64,000 bases of DNA from NCBI RefSeq assembly GCF_006345805.1, contig NC_043001.1, positions 94,798,001 to 94,862,000 of the forward strand, read 5' to 3'. The translations under genes and the position numbers were made by a program. Positions 56,514 through 64,000 of this stretch are shown piece after piece. The DNA is from Octopus sinensis. Lineage: Eukaryota. The notes below the pieces were generated by a model. That model had not been told where the DNA came from, made no database searches, and was given only the letters and a program-made list of their open reading frames with translations. The number at the start of each line of letters is the position of its first letter. Within the stretch, counting starts at the first letter, position 1.

Positions 56514-57485
56514 CATATGCACGTGTGTATGTGTGTGTAATGCTCTCTTTTATATATTATCTAGTGTAATATCTTAGATATATAAAGGATGAAATTTATC
56601 TGAATGTGGACGATTAGTCCACGTGTGCTTGGTGCGTTGAGTGAATCTAGCCAAAACATTGGTTGCTTAGCAATTAGAAATAATGATGTATCTGTGTGAA
56701 CCATATCAATGGATGTCTCCATCTTATACTGAGCTAAACATTGGAGATATATGATATACTGTGTAAAAGAGATTTGAAAGTGTGTAAAATTCAATGCATT
56801 AACGTAAACTACCTCGTTCTGTCAAATGTTTAGTATTAAGTTTGATATCAAATCAATAATATATGGTGGAGCCTTTCATGATATTGTTAATCATAGAAAT
56901 GTTCAGAATGATTTCTCAAATATACTCTAAAAGATGTGTGAAGCTAATAAATAAGATGATACAAAAACTATATATTTCAGGGAAGAAATATGAAGGGAAA
57001 ATATTACGCCTGGGGACGTAATTTGTCGTTCATGCTGTTTACCTAATCTTCACATTTATTTTCGATATCTTTATAATCTATTTCGAACGAATATAAACAT
57101 TGGCAGAATGTCTTAAATTGAACACATCAATTTCATTGGTCACAATATTATTTATTGTATAAATAATTATATTCCAGTGTGTCATAAAAGTGCCAATAAA
57201 TTATTTCCTCGTGACATCATTACATATATTAACATTTTAAATTTTTATTGTAGTAGCAATACTTTATGTAACAATCAAATAACAATGCATAGTCTTTGTC
57301 ATTTTTAAACAGTTACTGAAGGGATACACAATCTATTTTGTTTTTGTTTCATGACAATACATTTATCCCTAAGTATGTATAATACATATTGTTCTTTATC
57401 ACTGAAGGACTTTTGGCGTATTTTTGTCTAGAGGCAAGGCTTCTCTTTACTTCGACTCTAAGAATAGTATTATTTTACTCTTCTA

Positions 57486-57954
<469 letters not shown>

Positions 57955-60900
57955 ATAGTATAATGAAATTATATTTTTCGTTCCTGTCTAAACTTTCAGT
58001 TCCATAAGAGACGTACTATGAATTAAAATGCGCGTGGAAACAGGTGCTGAAGAAATACTCGAATGTTTGAAGTTAACGGTTTGCTAGTCATCATTAACAC
58101 AATGATTGGAGCCAAAGGGGACATATTTGTATGGGGGGTTGGATTTGTTAGAAACAGCTAAAGTTTCCATCCATAAGGTTGTAGTGATGCCAGCGTTTCA
58201 TATATACTAACCCATTCCATCAGAGTGAAGGCAGACATGAACAGTAACGACGACAACGTAGGCAACATTCACAACAACAACAACAGTAGCAACAACACTG
58301 GAGATATGGTAATGTGTAGCTCTAACAGAGATAAAGGGATCTCTGGTATACTACCATTGAAATATTGTATGAATGGATTATACATGAATGACTAACCCCA
58401 AATCGAAAGAGAATTTCTATCTAGAATCATCTGGAAAATTACACGTGATGCACACTGCCTCCAATATTCAAATTATTTCTTTGAACCAAACTCTGGAACC
58501 ATAAGATTTAACGCATCCTAGTGTATTGTAATTATATTACCTGCTAAATACACAGACGAGAAACAAAGTACATCCCTAAATTGAAAATCTGTTGTCGGTT
58601 ATTCATTATTTTGATGCACTTTTTACTGAAAACGCTTTGTAAATTAATTACGTTAGTGTCTTTAATATTCCTCTATCCTAATGAATTGGTAAATATCGAG
58701 TCTAATAAACAACAGAGGATTTATTGGAACACTGCCATTAATTTCCTTTACAGCATTAGCACATAATGCATTACGGTGTTAATATTTGTTTAATGGCTTG
58801 GTTAGTACGCTTAGTTAACATACCTGAATGTGTCTCAGATACAAGTATGACTAGTTTAAGCATATATTATCAGAATCATTGACGTAACATTATAGCAGAG
58901 GCAAACAGAATTCTACACTGTAAACATCAAGGTCTTCATTCTCATTTGATATATTTGACCCAACTCAGAGTTATAGCGTGGATGCAAGACATAAATTACG
59001 GCCATTAAATTAACTAAATGGTCGTATGATTATCCTTATGTATGCTTATCAAAATTTTGTAACACATTTTCGTCAATGCAGGTTAATTACCAAACCGATA
59101 ATAGTTTAATTCTTAGTAGTTATCCTATATCTTAAAAAAATATTTAAAAGTATCTAAATCTTCATAATATTTGATTATCCACAAGACCTTTCACCTTTAA
59201 GTAAGAACCAGATACGCAGGCATCTATCTTCATGGGAAAATTATAACATCGAATTTGTATTTTTTACATCAATGATCTTCATGTCATCTAATTTCCAACT
59301 CATCAATCATTTGGCAGTCAGCAAATGTCACCAGATAAAGCTGAAATATTTCAGAATTTGTAAGCGATAGTGCCACATAACAACATAAACCTCTTGCAAA
59401 ATAAATATAGCGATTTCTACCTCAAAATCTAATCAACGTTAACTACAAATATTTTACTGAAATGCAATTAGAATCTTACTGAAATATATGCACTCACATT
59501 CGCACATAAACAGTCACTCACACATGCATACACACCTTCACTCTCACACACGCGCATGTGCCTCTGTGTGTGTTATAGGCAGACAAACACTCATACACAC
59601 TCTCATATATACGTAGTACATTCATATATAACTGCGTAGATATATACAAACAAACAGGCATATATAAATGTCAGTTCATAGAAGGGTCACAGTGTGTAAT
59701 TTCGTTATACTTTTCCTATGCTTGTATATACAAAACGATTTTGATCGTTGTGAAAAGGGCAAACGGTTACTGCAGCACAGATATTATTCACTGCAACAAC
59801 GAATATGTGCAATGTAAAACGTCAATGTTTTTTCAGATTCTTTGTATATACAAGCATATGACTCAATGCCGCGAAACGGAAAGAAAGAGTAATGATGAAG
59901 TTTTATGCTGTATTATGTTGTTCACTTTGGAAGAAATAAAGGCAAATTTCACTGATGGGCAAAGAGGGGTTAAAGTGATTTCATGTTTGGTGTTTATAAC
60001 ATTGATGTCTCAAAGGTGAAAATACTTTTCAGGTGAATAAATACTTCTAATTTATAATGAGTGACATGGTGTTTTTGTGGTGAGTAACGAATTTTCCAGC
60101 CCACCGACATTACGCGCTGGACGTTTTCTGCTATAAGCTAGGAATGGAAACATTTTGCACTGTAGCGTATTTGATTGCAACACATTCGATACTGTAGTGG
60201 TATCGAAATCTTAACGGAATAAAGGGAAGTCGAATCTAGGTTTGAAAATGTTTCTAAATATCTGTGGTATATGCTACAAACGAATTAACAAATTCACTGC
60301 AGTTAATGAATCTATTTTAGACACGAAGTCAGCAAATAGTGGAACAGTAACTTCATCATGATAATCCCGTATTGGATTGCTCCGGTAATTAATTTATTAT
60401 TTATTTAAAATATAAAGGTAACCGGGGGTGCGACGACATCGAAATTATTCCAGTATTGTGGTAAGCGTAAAATATTACGTTATTATTATTGAGTGAGAGA
60501 TCAGTGCATGCCAACAAAGTGACACAGGGTGTGCAAATATACGAAGGCCAATATACATATCATGACTACACGTCTAATGATGGGCTCTGGTATTGTCACT
60601 ATCGATGAATGTTCAGAAGGGCAGAAGTTGCCGAGCCAAACAATGTTTCGATTTGCACAACCTGGAACACGCATTTCAGAGCTATGTGTTGGTTACAACG
60701 CGAGGAAGAGAAGCTGGCGTAAACAACAAGGTAGAAAAGACTCTCATGTGTATGTAACGAGATCTGGCTCATGTGTCAAAGCATTTTGGATCGTTGAGTT
60801 CCTGTTCGACAGAGTAGCTCTCTCTCTATGAATCACAGCATAATTCTCATACTTGACAGGGAACTCACATTGTACGCGACGTATTTAATAAGACGAACTT

Positions 60901-63126
60901 GTTCAATTAACACAAATAGTGTTCCACATGCCTTGGAAATATGATGGTTCTCTCTATGCGTCAACTCGGAGGCCCGTGGCATTCCGCTGCACGTAAAATG
61001 AACGGAGAGATTCTCTGGGGTTATACTGCAGCAGATATGTTCATCTATTATCAAACGACAGAAGGTGAAAAACATCCCATCGCAATGTATAAACTTGTAT
61101 TAAGGAGTAGATTTGAATGTTGCGTTTATGGCCTGAAGGCCAAGATGCAAAGTGCATTGTTGGGAGACACGTGAGAGCTCTCTCTCTCTGTCCTCAATGA
61201 AAAACAGGAGCGAGAATATCCCCACTACAGCTGATATCACAACCCCAACACCACCAGCAGTTTACAGCAGTATCAACAACACTAGCATGACAGATAAAGA
61301 GAAAGAGCAGAATTAACTCACACCTAAAATAGCAAAAGAAATAGTATACAAAAACGTGAGCTGCAGCATGACAGAAAGATCAGCAACTATAAAAAGGATA
61401 GCGACAATAACAGAACCCACATCACCCACCCATCTCTAATTTCATTTAATACCTCCTTTCCTTCCCCAACCACACACATGTGTTTTTGCGATGCAGAAAT
61501 AGCGTCTTTAGAGGAGGAGAAACAGCAAAGAATACTTTAAGAAAGAAAATGAAAACTAAGATAAATTCCACCACTCGCTTTGAATGGACCACATTATCTC
61601 GACTATATCGCCTTCGGAGCACAAAGAAGTCCAGCGTGATTGGACCAGCAGCTACAGTTACTCCATAATTAACTGAAAAATAAAACCACAAGGATGAACA
61701 GCATTAGGAAGCGGACTCAAGAGTACATGAACACTCCCAAACGAAACTTTGTGCTGATAAAGAACAAAAAATTGGCGATTTATCGCAAAGACAGAAAATA
61801 TAGCATCACTTATATTCGCCAGCTATGATTCAATACCACTTGACTTTTGCGTTGCTTTGAATTTTGTTGATTGCCTCAATCTGCTTTGGTGCTGGACATT
61901 AGTTCTCATGGTTTACCTTTCAAATTCTCTAGTTTTCGCGGTAGTAGCTTAGGACTTATTACCAACAGAAAACACGAAAGTATCTACGCAGCTCTTATCA
62001 TTTTTTTTCGTTACAATATACCAGTCTCGAAAACCATGACAGGGTGTCAATATAACCATTGAAATTGATTCAGCGTTCATGCCCACCACTTCTCTTGAAT
62101 TATGGATCAAATTTCAGAGTTCAAATTTCCCGAAATTGTCTTTTAACTTTCTTCCGTTTGGGGTTCATGAAATAAATATCCGCTGAGCACTGGGGGTTGG
62201 GGGCAATCTAATCGACTATTCCCCAAAATTTCAGGCTTTGTGATCAAAGTAGAAATGATGCCTATAAAGATTTTAAACACACATTCAAAATTAACAGCTA
62301 TATTTATTGTACATCCTCTGTTCATAAATTTAGTTTTTTAAAACAATACTATGGCACAATTATTTAAAGTTGATGCGGAAGTTGTGGCGATGATAGATAC
62401 ACACTTTCTTACACACCCTCGAACCCTCGCACTTATTGCGCCAGCGCACGCAATGTTTTTGCCAACTTTAAGGAAAAAACATATCAGTTGAAAAACAACA
62501 CTCTTCTATATATTCATGAAATCTCATTTCATGACTTCATCTGACGGAATTCAGATTCCTGAATTGAATTCCAAGACTTTAAAAAATAAGTAAACCATAA
62601 TGTGGAGTGACAAATCTGTTTGTATAGTATATTTTTATACACATATAAAAATATTAATACGAAGTCCGTTTCCTCTTCGTCCATAGAGACAAGAGATGTA
62701 TTTTAATGTATCAATACAATGAAATAAATATATTTCTCTCTTAATTCTATAAAATATGATATTGATAAATAGAATGTTTCATACGACTCTAGAGGGAATA
62801 ACTATAAAAGTGATGATATACAATTATTTCAAATGCGATTTTATATTTTAATATCTGTATAATATGTGTAGCAAAAGAATATACACACACGCACACGCAT
62901 ACGCAGATATATATGGACACGCGCTCATATATGAGTACACATATTTATATACGTGTGTGTTTGTATGTGTGTGTTTACGTATAATAACATACATTGAGAA
63001 ATAGTGGACCACATGTGTTCATTGCAGGAGAATGACGGAGATCTCTTTGTATCCAAGTACAAGGCAATAGCAATTATTTACGTATATGAATGTATATGTA
63101 TTATATATGATTGTGTGGGTATATGC

Positions 63127-63172
<46 letters not shown>

Positions 63173-63221
63173 ATATTTATATATACATTCAAACATACAT
63201 ATATGGGTGCATATACTTCTA

Positions 63222-63278
<57 letters not shown>

Positions 63279-64000
63279 TACAGCGAATGATTATGGGGAA
63301 TAATTTGGGAAGCGTCTAAAGTAATTAATATGGTGAGTGAAAAGTAATTCAATCATATACAACGGAAATCTTAATGAGCATTACATTCATTTGGTCTAAT
63401 GACATTCACTGGAACATAGAACAAACAAAAATAATCTCAATTTCGATTGAATAAAAAATTTCCATGGAGTTTAATAAAAAAAATACGTTTTTATACACTG
63501 TCACTGTTCTAAGGATATAAAAAAAAAAAATTTCTTCGGAAATGAAAGAAGTATATTGAGATAAACGCATTGTTTTTCAGAGTTTAATAAAAACGCAATG
63601 ACACGGAAACAAATACGATAGTTACGCAGTGACATCAGCAAGTGTTTATATGGGAGATATCGAACTGAAACAGAAACATTTAAGCATGATATATGGTAGT
63701 GAACAACGTAGTCAAAAAGATGTTACGACATGGATCATCATATTTCTTGAATCATCGGCAGCAGCATCTTGACCTACCCGAATCAATAAATCATATTCGT
63801 CTTTTGATAGTTAAATGTCAAATCTTTGGCCGCCATGACTGCTTATGATAGCAGAAGTTAGATAAGCAAAGAGTTTGATTCTAGCCCTTGACAGTTTGTT
63901 AAAAGTTCATCCCTTCAGCATCGATTCATATTCGTCATTCACCCAACAAACTGATTTGCTGAAATTGTTCACAAAGAACATGTTCCAACTTGTGATTTCA

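Overview
AT-rich, microsatellite- and transposon-saturated animal non-coding DNA. The SINE families and (TA)n/(CA)n density look like an Octopus (coleoid cephalopod) genome; this is an inference from repeat recognition, not a database result. I found no intact protein-coding gene: the supplied ORFs are almost all microsatellite read-throughs or fragments of decayed transposon ORFs. The only host-gene sequence I can identify is three consecutive, phase-compatible exons of WDR46/UTP7 (18037-18187, 20391-20526, 21952-22051, + strand). The third exon has an in-frame TAA, and I found no flanking exons. These exons lie in a ~6 kb CpG-depleted block that abuts an inverted-repeat junction, which suggests a displaced, pseudogenised fragment of a methylated housekeeping gene. 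The rest of the window holds tRNA-derived SINEs, three R4/Dong-like non-LTR fragments, mariner and Tc1 transposase relics, a pogo-like MITE, Helentron-type HINEs and a possible Helitron. The most unusual signal is two repeat families carrying minimal hammerhead-ribozyme (HHR) architecture. One family has a shared non-canonical core (CUGU[A/U]GA) and forms a ~290 bp fold-back with one HHR motif per arm. The other appears to join a tRNA B-box head, an (AAT)n tract and an HHR-bearing tail.
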